Of a stretch of DNA of 28,162 bases, positions 16,722 to 25,556 are shown in pieces. Position 1 is the stretch's first letter, and the number at the start of each line of letters is the position of its first letter. Both the position numbers and the translations under genes were made by a program. Under the pieces are notes generated by a model that ran no database searches, was not told where the DNA came from, and saw only the letters and a program-made list of their open reading frames with translations. The DNA lies in assembly GCA_046861395.1 (NCBI GenBank), contig JBHHUC010000025.1:1-28162 (forward strand). Reading direction: 5' to 3'. The stretch comes from Fidelibacterota bacterium (GTDB lineage Bacteria; Fidelibacterota; Marinisomatia; Marinisomatales; JABMOV01).

Positions 16722-17852
16722 ATGGCGGATAAATCCCTGTCGTTATATTTTGTAGCCGGTGAAGCATCCGGCGACCTGCACGGCGCACGCCTCATGGCCG
16801 CCTTGTGGGCCAGACTCCCCCGGGTTACGTTTCATGGTCATGGTGGTGATAAAATGAAAGCCGCCGGACTGGAATTACAGTATCACAGCGATGATTTATC
16901 ACTGATGGGCTTTACCGAAGTGATCAAACATTTGCCGTTTATGATGAAAGTCATGGGTGAAACGGTAAACGCCATCGCTGAGTTACAGCCGGATCGTATC
17001 ATTCTCATTGATTATCCCGGTTTCAATCTGCGCCTGTTGAAACGGATTGCCGCCCTGAACATCCCGGTAACATATTTTATTCTGCCTCAGGTCTGGGCCT
17101 GGAAGGAAAAACGTCTGGAAATCCTGAAAACTCATGTCGATCAGGCCATTAGTATTTTTCCCTTTGAACCGGCCTGGTTCCGGGAGCGGGGGCTGGTAAC
17201 GGATTATGTGGGGCATCCCCTGGTAGACCGGGAAATCACCGGAGAACAAATCCAGGCCTTTCTGACCCGTCATGAATTGGATTCCCGTAAACCCATTCTG
17301 GTATTATTGCCGGGCAGTCGGCAACAGGAAGTGGATCGCCACTGGCCCGTTTTTATCAATACCGCACAGGAATTAATGCGGCGCAGGCCGGATCTGCAAT
17401 GTGTAGTAGGACAGGCTCCGGGAGTGGAACTTCCGCTCCTGCCACCAACGATCCGGCGGGAAATCACTGACATCCCTGCCGCCATCCATCAGGCCACGGC
17501 GGCTCTGGCAGCGTCCGGAACTGTCACCCTGGAAGCCGCTTTGCTGGATACTCCCGTGGTGGTCTGTTATCGTCTGTCGCCCCTGAGCTGGTGGCTGGCG
17601 AAGCGGCTGGTCCGTGTTCCATACGCTTCCATGGTCAATCTCATTGGCAATAAGGACATTGTCCCGGAATTTCTGCAGGCCAGCATGAAAGAAGATAACC
17701 TGGTGGCTGCTCTGGAACCCCTGTTGACCGGGGAATCCAGGGACAGGAAGATGATGCTGGCGGATTTTGAAACGGTTCGCCGGGCGCTGGGAATGCCCGG
17801 TGTCTATGACCGGATCGCCGATACCATTGCCAGACGGCTGGTTGAGTCATGA
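16722..17852 (+). CDS. lpxB: Lipid-A-disaccharide synthase
   Basis: VAGEASGDLHGA, IDYPGFNL, PQVWAWK, IFPFE, VGHPL, LLPGSRQQE, ASGTVTLEAAL. Confidence 0.97.
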   Translation: MADKSLSLYFVAGEASGDLHGARLMAALWARLPRVTFHGHGGDKMKAAGLELQYHSDDLSLMGFTEVIKHLPFMMKVMGETVNAIAELQPDRIILIDYPGFNLRLLKRIAALNIPVTYFILPQVWAWKEKRLEILKTHVDQAISIFPFEPAWFRERGLVTDYVGHPLVDREITGEQIQAFLTRHELDSRKPILVLLPGSRQQEVDRHWPVFINTAQELMRRRPDLQCVVGQAPGVELPLLPPTIRREITDIPAAIHQATAALAASGTVTLEAALLDTPVVVCYRLSPLSWWLAKRLVRVPYASMVNLIGNKDIVPEFLQASMKEDNLVAALEPLLTGESRDRKMMLADFETVRRALGMPGVYDRIADTIARRLVES

Positions 17853-18481
17853 ATACGGTCCGGGTGATTCTGGCCAAATGGTTGTTGCTTGTTCTGCACA
17901 AGACCTGTTGCTGGCGGGTGGATAATGAAGCGGTGATCGCCCGTGCGTTGCAGGAGAGAAAGTCGGTAATCATTGCCGTCTGGCATGGACGGTTACTGGC
18001 TCCCTTTTTCCATTTTTCCCAACGGGGATATTATGCCCTTGCCGGAACCCATGCCGACGCCGAACTGATTTCACAGATGGCATTTCGCATGGGTTGGAAA
18101 ATGATTCGCGGTTCCAGCAGCAAAGGCGGCAGCGCCGCCTTTAAGAATATTGTCAAAACATTACGACAACCAGGCACCGTTCTCTACATTACTCCGGACG
18201 GACCAAAAGGCCCGGCGCTGGAACCGAAGTCAGGCACAATCCGCGCCGCACGGTTGACCCGCGCCGTCATTATTCCCATCAGTGCCAGTGCCACACGATC
18301 CTGGGGCTTTACCAATTGGGACACATTTTATGTCGCGAAACCCTTTTCCCGGATTGAACTCCTTTTCGGTGAGCCGTTTGAAATTCTGGCGGATATGTCC
18401 GAAGCAGAGGGAATCATGACACTTAAAACCCGGCTGGACCAGTTATCCCGGGAAGCGGACCGAAGGGCCGGAGTTCTTTAG
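17849..18481 (+). CDS. DUF374 / lysophospholipid acyltransferase family protein (LpxJ-like)
   Basis: WHGRLL, H.DAELI, IRGSSSKGG, ITPDGPKGP, WDTF...KPFS; ATGA overlap with lpxB. Confidence 0.85.
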   Translation: MNTVRVILAKWLLLVLHKTCCWRVDNEAVIARALQERKSVIIAVWHGRLLAPFFHFSQRGYYALAGTHADAELISQMAFRMGWKMIRGSSSKGGSAAFKNIVKTLRQPGTVLYITPDGPKGPALEPKSGTIRAARLTRAVIIPISASATRSWGFTNWDTFYVAKPFSRIELLFGEPFEILADMSEAEGIMTLKTRLDQLSREADRRAGVL

Positions 18482-18485
18482 GACA

Positions 18486-19475
18486 ATGCGATTATTAAAT
18501 ACCATTATAGTGCCATTGGCTGGTATTTATGGCTGTATCATGACCGTGCGGAATATTCTTTATGACCGGGGCTGGTTTCCAGTGCGAACTCTTCCGGCTG
18601 TGGTAATCAGTATTGGCAACATTACCATGGGCGGCACAGGCAAGACTCCGGTTACCGTAGCCCTGGCGATGTGGCTCTGTGAAAAAGGGTATAAGGTTGC
18701 GATTCTCAGTCGGGGCTATGGTCGGAAAACACGGGGAACGTTCATCGGATCGGAAAAGTCCACCTGGCAGGAACTGGGCGATGAACCCTCCATGATGCGG
18801 GATATCCTGGATGATGTCCCCATTGTAGTGGATGAAAACCGTTTCCGTGGCGGCCGGATTCTTGTGGATATATTTCAGCCGGACGTTATTCTGCTGGACG
18901 ATGCCTTTCAACACCGCTCCCTGCACCGCGATTTGGATTTACTGGTAATCAGTGCTGGTGATCGACAGGAGAATTATTCCCTGTTTCCGGCCGGTCGTCT
19001 GCGGGAAGCTTGGCGCCACGCCCACCGGGCCGATGCCATATTATTGACCAAGTCAGAATGGTATGACCTGCCCCAGGATGTTGACAGGAAAATCTCCGCT
19101 CTGTCCCGGCCCGTATTTCAACTCACAGCCGAGACGGTCCTCCAGTCTCCTTACGGACCCATTGAATCTTGTGATGCTCCCTTTATTTTGGTCTGTGCCA
19201 TTGCCGATCCCGAATCCTTCCGCCGGGCGGCCGGAAGGAAATATCTGGACATTGCGAAGGAGTTTATTTTTCCCGATCATTATCATTACACCCGGGCGGA
19301 TGTAGATAAGATTGAAGCCTGGGATGATACCGGTAAAACGGCCGGCATCCTGACGACGGAAAAGGATTATGTCAAACTCAAACGGTTACGTCTCAGCAAA
19401 CCACTCTATGTTCTGACGCTACGGTACAATCTACCAGTGGAACTGCAGGACGTGATTGTAAAAGCGTTATCCTGA
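18486..19475 (+). CDS. lpxK: Tetraacyldisaccharide 4'-kinase
   Basis: IGNITMGGTGKTP, LSRGYG, GDEP, LLDDAFQH, PAGRLRE, FPDHYHY, TTEKDYVKL. Confidence 0.96.
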   Translation: MRLLNTIIVPLAGIYGCIMTVRNILYDRGWFPVRTLPAVVISIGNITMGGTGKTPVTVALAMWLCEKGYKVAILSRGYGRKTRGTFIGSEKSTWQELGDEPSMMRDILDDVPIVVDENRFRGGRILVDIFQPDVILLDDAFQHRSLHRDLDLLVISAGDRQENYSLFPAGRLREAWRHAHRADAILLTKSEWYDLPQDVDRKISALSRPVFQLTAETVLQSPYGPIESCDAPFILVCAIADPESFRRAAGRKYLDIAKEFIFPDHYHYTRADVDKIEAWDDTGKTAGILTTEKDYVKLKRLRLSKPLYVLTLRYNLPVELQDVIVKALS

Positions 19476-19477
19476 TC

Positions 19478-22400
19478 TTACATCTGGGAGATACCCCAGG
19501 CGAACATTACACCGACGAAGGTGAGCATCAGAGGCCAGGACGTATTGACGAATTGCCTGGCGCTGGGATCTTCAAAGACATGAATCTGGAAGGAATGAGT
19601 GGTGGTGGCACCATGTTCGTCAATAACAAGAATGACGACCTCATTGGGACCTAGTTGATTGTTCCGGGGTTTCCACGTCAAACCGCCGGTGCGGGGGTTG
19701 AATTTGGCATATTTTGGCAGACGAATCGGACGCAGCGTGATTTCATCCTTGTTTAAATCCTCCGCCGTCAGTTTATAGCGGTATTCATAACCGGTCAGGG
19801 CCACTGGTTTTGGCTTTGACAGCACCGTAGGAGCAATATTCACAAACACTTTTTGCTGCTGTACATCTTCCCGGTAGCCGTCGGATACTTTCACTTCAAA
19901 GAGATGGGTGTTGATCTGTGAAGCCTGGGGTACCCAAACCAGTTTACCGTCCCGACTGAGCTGCATGCCCTGGGGACCTTTCACCAGTTCATACTCCAGG
20001 TAGGCATCCTCATTGGCATCTTCCACCTGGATCTGGTAACGGTATACTTCATCCACCTGAGCGATGGCCGGGGGACGGGATACGATGGTCGGCGGGTGAT
20101 TGACATAAATTTCGAATGTTTGTTCATCCTTGGCATAGCCGTCGGAAACCACCAGGGTTACTTTCTGTTTATTCACCTGGTCCTTCGTTGGTGTCCAGTG
20201 GATGGTTCCTGTTAGTTCGTCAATTATCATTCCGTCGGGGAAATCCACCAGAGAATAGCGCAACATGGAGCGTTTTTCCACTACCACTTTCGGCGGTGTT
20301 CCCTGGTTGCCATGGAAAAATTCCCACAGCACGTCCTTTATTTTTACGGTCCGTTCATCTATTGTCATCACGATGACATAGAGACGGTCGTCCTCATAGA
20401 AGATGGAATGAACATATTTTTTCAGGTTTAGACGTGAAATCTGATCGTCTTCCGGCAGGGTGGGATCGGTAAGATATACGGTTTCCGCATGGTTCCAGTC
20501 CCCGATATAGCGCTCAATATTTTCGCGATATACATCATCGGAAATATTTACGGCATAGAGCCGCGCATTGGCAGCGTCCATGACCTTGACTGTTTTCCTG
20601 AAGGGCAGAAGCGTTGCCCGGTTACGATCGCTGGTCATGATTTCGTGCTTGTATTCTTCCCCCACCGTGGCCTGTAACTGAGGGATGGAAACAATCTTGA
20701 TGGGAGCGTTTACAAAGAATTCCGCCTCGAAGGACCGAATCGTATGGCCGTCGGAGATTTCCATTTTCAATTGGGAGAAATCAAGTTGATTTCCGGTGGG
20801 ATCCCAGCGCAGGCGACCGGAGTAGGGATCCATTCGCATCCCTTCCGGCATGGTAATGGCGGTAAAAGTGAGTTCATCGAATTCATTGGGATCGTGCGCT
20901 TCGATCTGAAAATCCCAGGTATTGCCCAGGTTGATCATGGTCATGGGGGGCGGAATGGCATCCAGGACTGGGGGATGGTTTACGAATATGGCCACAAACT
21001 GGGTATCGGTGGCGACACCCTGCCGGGCCACGATGGCAACGGTCTGGGTATCAATCTGTGTTTCATCCGGTGTCCATTCGATGATTCCGTCGGTGGAAAT
21101 TTCCATGCCGTCCGGCGGTTGGTAGAGTAAAACGGTAACCGGCTGGTCAAGATTTTGATGCCAAACCTCTGTTTCATAGCGGTAAGGTTGATTGACAGCA
21201 CCGGACAGAGGCGGTTTGGAAATAATCCGGACCCCGGCCCGCGCGAAAAGCTTGAATTCCTGAGCCGTACGATCAAATCCGTCCGTGACCACCAAGCGGA
21301 CATCATAGACATCCACATGGGAGCTGTCGGTGGTCCAGATGATGCGACCGGAATCCAGGACCATGCCTTCCGGGGCCACTTCCAGATCCAATTGCAACAC
21401 ATCATCAATATTGCGGTCCCGCACGACGGGTTCGTATTCAAAGACTGAATTGACCACGAATTCCGTACCTTCGGGTTGGGATAAAAACACTGGCGGGTCA
21501 TTCACATAAACCCATAGATATTCATCGTAGCCTTCCAGTTCGGGCTTAACGGAATAGGACATCAAAGAATCATTTTCCGTCGGTTCCGTGACTACCGTTT
21601 CACCCACCTGCATTTCCACGTGATAAGCCAGCTGAAAGGCCCCCAGTTGCGTTTCATCGGGTGTCCATAAAATGGATTTCGTATCATAATGGAAATACAT
21701 CCCTTTCGGTGGCGGCTGCAACCAGCGGAAAGAATAGAAATTTTCGCCTTCCTCTTCGGGAATGGTGTAGGCAAAGGCCTGATTGACCGGCAGAACATGT
21801 CGCGGTAGAACACCGGGAGGCAGGGCTTGTCCCGTGGTCCGTGCCGGTCGGGGGACTTCCGGCAGAGAAAATTGGGTGTCGGGCATTTCGGGAAATTCTG
21901 CCAGCAGATCCACTTGTTCCCGGGGAATGTCTCCCGCCAAGGGCAAGGGGGGTGCAATTTCTTCCGGTCCACGGCCCAATTCCGTCATGAATACGGCACT
22001 GGTTTCGCCATCCCAGCCGGCGCCTATCACCGTGCCCAGGTACAACCCCATCTGCGTCAGTGGCAGGGTGGCAAATACCTGCGTTTTATTGGATTCATCC
22101 TCCAGGGAAAAATAATCGATTCGGGCGCCGGTGGCCGTATCGGCACTGGCAACCAGGGTCATCAAATTCATGGCTCCGGATACCAGTAGTAAATCGTCCA
22201 GCTTATCCTGGTTGAAATCGCCGACGTTGAGGTCGGACAAAGGACCGCCGTCATAGGACAGCTGGTCAATGACGGTTGTTTCCGGTGTCGGTGTGAGTGC
22301 CAGTAGATGTCCCGACTTAAACGGCAGCAGCATATCCTTGAACCCGTCATTGTCCCAATCGCTTTCCACGATTTTACGGGGTAGAAGCTGATCCAGCCCG

Positions 22401-23155
22401 GGTATGGTTTTCGTCACCAAGGGACCGGGTTCAAATGTTTCTTCATTATTGTAGAAGGTCTGGGCTTTCAGGACGTTTCCTTCGGGGGAAAACAGGATGA
22501 TGTCGTCACGGAAGTCCCGGTCATAATCCAGCGCGGCCACGAACACGAAGCCGGCCCCAGTCCGGAAAATGGCTGGATCAATCATGGTTCTTTCATAAAG
22601 GTCACCTTCGGCGTGCCGATCAATGAGGACCACCGACCGCAGCGGGGCACCCAGCGATGCGGCAATTTCCTGGTCGCCGTCACCGTCCACGTCCAGTAAT
22701 TGGAAATTCTGGCAGCGGATAAATGGTTGTTTCGATGCCAGGCGGAGTGATGCCGCCGGTTCTTCCTGGAAGCCGACTTCTCCCACGGGATAGATAAATA
22801 CAATGGGCTGCAGCAGGTCGCGATCATGTTCGCCCGACACATTCATGATGGTGATCAGTTCCGGTTCGCCATTGCCATCCATGTCACCCAGCATGGCATC
22901 TACAAAATGTCCCAGCAAACCGTCGGGTGAAGCCACTTCCCAGATCAAATCCTGATACCCGTCCTTGTCAAGTTCATAGTATCGCAGGAAGGAGGGTTGT
23001 CCCCGTTCTCCTTGCTTTGCTTCCAGCGCCAGAAATTCCAGTTGTCCGTCTTGGTCCAGATCGTAGGTACCGGTCATATGGAGGATTTGCAAATCATCAG
23101 CCTGCAATAATCCCAGAAGCGAGATAATAACCAGGAAACGCCCGGACCTTGTCAT
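19478..23155 (-). CDS. Large exported protein: FG-GAP/VCBS beta-propeller, Pro-rich linker, seven putative Ig (He_PIG/cadherin-like) domains, C-terminal TM helix
   Basis: Signal peptide; DLDQDG, DMDGNG, DVDGDG, DYDRDF, DWDNDG, DFNQDK motifs; seven W-x-P/T..Q-type repeats with N.PP starts and V.DG ends; hydrophobic C-terminus WPLMLTFVGVMFAWGI. Confidence 0.85.
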   Translation of the reverse strand: MTRSGRFLVIISLLGLLQADDLQILHMTGTYDLDQDGQLEFLALEAKQGERGQPSFLRYYELDKDGYQDLIWEVASPDGLLGHFVDAMLGDMDGNGEPELITIMNVSGEHDRDLLQPIVFIYPVGEVGFQEEPAASLRLASKQPFIRCQNFQLLDVDGDGDQEIAASLGAPLRSVVLIDRHAEGDLYERTMIDPAIFRTGAGFVFVAALDYDRDFRDDIILFSPEGNVLKAQTFYNNEETFEPGPLVTKTIPGLDQLLPRKIVESDWDNDGFKDMLLPFKSGHLLALTPTPETTVIDQLSYDGGPLSDLNVGDFNQDKLDDLLLVSGAMNLMTLVASADTATGARIDYFSLEDESNKTQVFATLPLTQMGLYLGTVIGAGWDGETSAVFMTELGRGPEEIAPPLPLAGDIPREQVDLLAEFPEMPDTQFSLPEVPRPARTTGQALPPGVLPRHVLPVNQAFAYTIPEEEGENFYSFRWLQPPPKGMYFHYDTKSILWTPDETQLGAFQLAYHVEMQVGETVVTEPTENDSLMSYSVKPELEGYDEYLWVYVNDPPVFLSQPEGTEFVVNSVFEYEPVVRDRNIDDVLQLDLEVAPEGMVLDSGRIIWTTDSSHVDVYDVRLVVTDGFDRTAQEFKLFARAGVRIISKPPLSGAVNQPYRYETEVWHQNLDQPVTVLLYQPPDGMEISTDGIIEWTPDETQIDTQTVAIVARQGVATDTQFVAIFVNHPPVLDAIPPPMTMINLGNTWDFQIEAHDPNEFDELTFTAITMPEGMRMDPYSGRLRWDPTGNQLDFSQLKMEISDGHTIRSFEAEFFVNAPIKIVSIPQLQATVGEEYKHEIMTSDRNRATLLPFRKTVKVMDAANARLYAVNISDDVYRENIERYIGDWNHAETVYLTDPTLPEDDQISRLNLKKYVHSIFYEDDRLYVIVMTIDERTVKIKDVLWEFFHGNQGTPPKVVVEKRSMLRYSLVDFPDGMIIDELTGTIHWTPTKDQVNKQKVTLVVSDGYAKDEQTFEIYVNHPPTIVSRPPAIAQVDEVYRYQIQVEDANEDAYLEYELVKGPQGMQLSRDGKLVWVPQASQINTHLFEVKVSDGYREDVQQQKVFVNIAPTVLSKPKPVALTGYEYRYKLTAEDLNKDEITLRPIRLPKYAKFNPRTGGLTWKPRNNQLGPNEVVILVIDEHGATTTHSFQIHVFEDPSARQFVNTSWPLMLTFVGVMFAWGISQM

Positions 23156-25521
23156 TAGCGTTGTCCTGTCGTGTCCGAAACGGTGGAGTCGGCGGGGGTT
23201 GATACCGTATCCGGAAGGGCCGTTTCAGACGGCTCAGGAACGGTCAGAGTATCGCTGGCGGGTAGTTTTGCTGCAGGCAAGGTGGTCGCGGCACTGTCCG
23301 GTTCCATTATCGCAGTAGAATCAGGAACGGTCATCGTTGGTGCCGGGATATTATCGATCTTTTGTGGCGGTTCCTGAAGTTCCTCATCCTTGGGTGGTTC
23401 GGGCAGACGCAGCGGAATGGGGGTAACGGGAATGGGTAAGGACGGGGGATGGTCGGCATATTCGCTGCGGGTAGTGAGCAGCCGCGGAATAAATTCCCCG
23501 TTGAGATCCATTTCCACGATGACCTTTTGGGACAGATTTTCCTTCACTTTGATTTCACCGCGGATTTCGGCCAGCGTCCCTTCTTTGAGGTAGAGACTAA
23601 GCCAGTGGTTGGGCTGGATGGGACTGAGCATCATCACAGAAGCATTCAGAACCTGAGGAGCTGCCGATTCTCCGAAGGCAAATACCAGGGTCTGTCCGGC
23701 GGAATCCATTTTCATCGTGGCAGGAAATCCTTCAAAAAAATATTCCGGGTAATTGTAGAAATGGGGATCCCAGGATTCGGGGCTGAAAGACTGGGGAACG
23801 GTATCCATTTGCGGTGTAACCGACATATACATGACATTGGATTCAAAATCATGGATAATGGTCAGCGTCGTCATGTGGGACAGGGATGTATCCGGTGTAA
23901 AATATCGGAAGGTCACGGACGCATCACGCTGGACCAGATTCAGGTCGGCCATGATATTGTGTCCCACCAGTTTTTTATCCGTGCCGGGGATGGCATTGGA
24001 TTCATGCACCATGATCCCGAAGGGCGATTCGCCTTCGAACTGATACCGGTTATTGGCCAGTTCGGTGGGAGTGGTGACGATGAGGGAGAACATACGCGGT
24101 TCGGCCTGGACAAAGGCCAGACTGTCGAACGTGATGGCTGTATCCGGGGCCGTGGTATCCAGGACGACTATTGCGAAACGGGTTGTTGTGGTTTTTACGA
24201 TGGGTGTAAGCTGGAGACGGGCTCCGTATTCATCATCATGAGAAACGAGTTTTTCTCCCATTTTTTCTTCATAAACAAAAGAAAAGAGATGCCAACCGGT
24301 CTGGTCCTTTTCCGGCATCCAGGTAATGTTCCCGGCATCGGGATTGAACCGCACACCTCGCGGGGGCTGGGCTTGCCAGGTAAAACTGTAGAAGGAAGCC
24401 GCCGTATCGGTTCGGGGACTGTATGCTAGTGAATCACCCAGTCGTAGGGTGTCGGTGAAATCCACCATCCAACGTAGTGAATCTTCCGTAGCTACTGTTT
24501 CCAATTCCGGGACAGGAACTTCCGCGGCCGGAACGGGCGGGGATTGCCAGCCGGCCAGGGCCTGACTTAATGTTGTTTCATTGCCGGGCCATAGGAAGGG
24601 ACTATTCATATCGGTTGGGTTCAATTCCAGGGTGCGGTCCACCCATTCCAACGTCATCACGGTTTGATTATCAAAGGGAATGAGAATTTCTTCGGTCTGA
24701 TCATGATTCAAATCGGAACGGAGGAGACCGGGACCAATCAGGTGAGTACCGGTGGGTGTGATGAGAACTTTTTCGTCCAAGGCATTGCCGCCGGTAAAAG
24801 GAAACAGGGCTGTTTTCAGGAGATTGGCTTCGGCGCTGAATAGGAGGACAAACCGTTCCTCCCCGGATTGCAGGGCAGTGGCATAGACTGGTCCGTACCC
24901 GCTGGAGATAAAGGGAGAAGAAAAAGTACGAATGGTAGTAGCGGAAAGGACTCCGTTGCTGATATCCAGCTGCAGCGTAGTAGCCCGGCGTTCGGGTGTT
25001 CCTTCGGCCAGCACCAGCCAGACCCGTTCTTCATGCCGAACGATGTCGAATCCGGTAGCCCGGATTCGTTCCCGATCCGCCAGGGGAGCGGAGAAGGTAA
25101 GGGGAGTTGCAGAAAAGCTATCAGCCGTGCCGGGAAAGACCAGGAGCCAGGGATCATCACCGGGCCCCAGTCCCATCACGGAGCGGCTCAGGGCAACAAT
25201 ATCCATGCGTCCATCGCCGGTTACGTCAAATAATTTGACTTCGGACAAGCGGGCCGAACGGGACGGTTGAAAGGCATACACCCATAAAACGCGGAAAGTC
25301 CCGCCCTGATTCTCAACATACTTCAGGGTGGAATCTCCGAGTTGCGGACTCCAGAACAGATACTGGTGCTCATTGCGGGGATTTCGCTCCACGTAGGTAT
25401 TGGCGGCCTGAACCGGGTGAATTCCCAGAATGAAGAAGAAACAGACCAAAACGGGGATCACCCCGGAGGAGTGAATGAAAGACAAACTTTTTTTATTCAT
25501 AGAATTTGACCGGAAAATCAT
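23155..25521 (-). CDS. Exported protein paralogous to the downstream gene: partial FG-GAP propeller, one Ig-like domain, unknown domain, Pro/Thr/Ser-rich tail
   Basis: Signal peptide ending VQA|A (alternative start ATG 25500), DVTGDGRMD, DLNHDQTEE, FYSFTWQAQPPRG..ITWMPEKDQ; TAATG overlap with the next gene. Confidence 0.8.
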   Translation of the reverse strand: MIFRSNSMNKKSLSFIHSSGVIPVLVCFFFILGIHPVQAANTYVERNPRNEHQYLFWSPQLGDSTLKYVENQGGTFRVLWVYAFQPSRSARLSEVKLFDVTGDGRMDIVALSRSVMGLGPGDDPWLLVFPGTADSFSATPLTFSAPLADRERIRATGFDIVRHEERVWLVLAEGTPERRATTLQLDISNGVLSATTIRTFSSPFISSGYGPVYATALQSGEERFVLLFSAEANLLKTALFPFTGGNALDEKVLITPTGTHLIGPGLLRSDLNHDQTEEILIPFDNQTVMTLEWVDRTLELNPTDMNSPFLWPGNETTLSQALAGWQSPPVPAAEVPVPELETVATEDSLRWMVDFTDTLRLGDSLAYSPRTDTAASFYSFTWQAQPPRGVRFNPDAGNITWMPEKDQTGWHLFSFVYEEKMGEKLVSHDDEYGARLQLTPIVKTTTTRFAIVVLDTTAPDTAITFDSLAFVQAEPRMFSLIVTTPTELANNRYQFEGESPFGIMVHESNAIPGTDKKLVGHNIMADLNLVQRDASVTFRYFTPDTSLSHMTTLTIIHDFESNVMYMSVTPQMDTVPQSFSPESWDPHFYNYPEYFFEGFPATMKMDSAGQTLVFAFGESAAPQVLNASVMMLSPIQPNHWLSLYLKEGTLAEIRGEIKVKENLSQKVIVEMDLNGEFIPRLLTTRSEYADHPPSLPIPVTPIPLRLPEPPKDEELQEPPQKIDNIPAPTMTVPDSTAIMEPDSAATTLPAAKLPASDTLTVPEPSETALPDTVSTPADSTVSDTTGQR

Positions 25522-25556
25522 TTTGATTTTCCGTTTCCCTTACCTCCATATTTGGG

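Noticed and set aside
23449..24429. 326-aa plus-strand ORF inside the 788-aa gene
   Set aside because: Antisense shadow with atypical His/Gly/Arg-rich composition; the minus-strand protein has a signal peptide and paralogy support.
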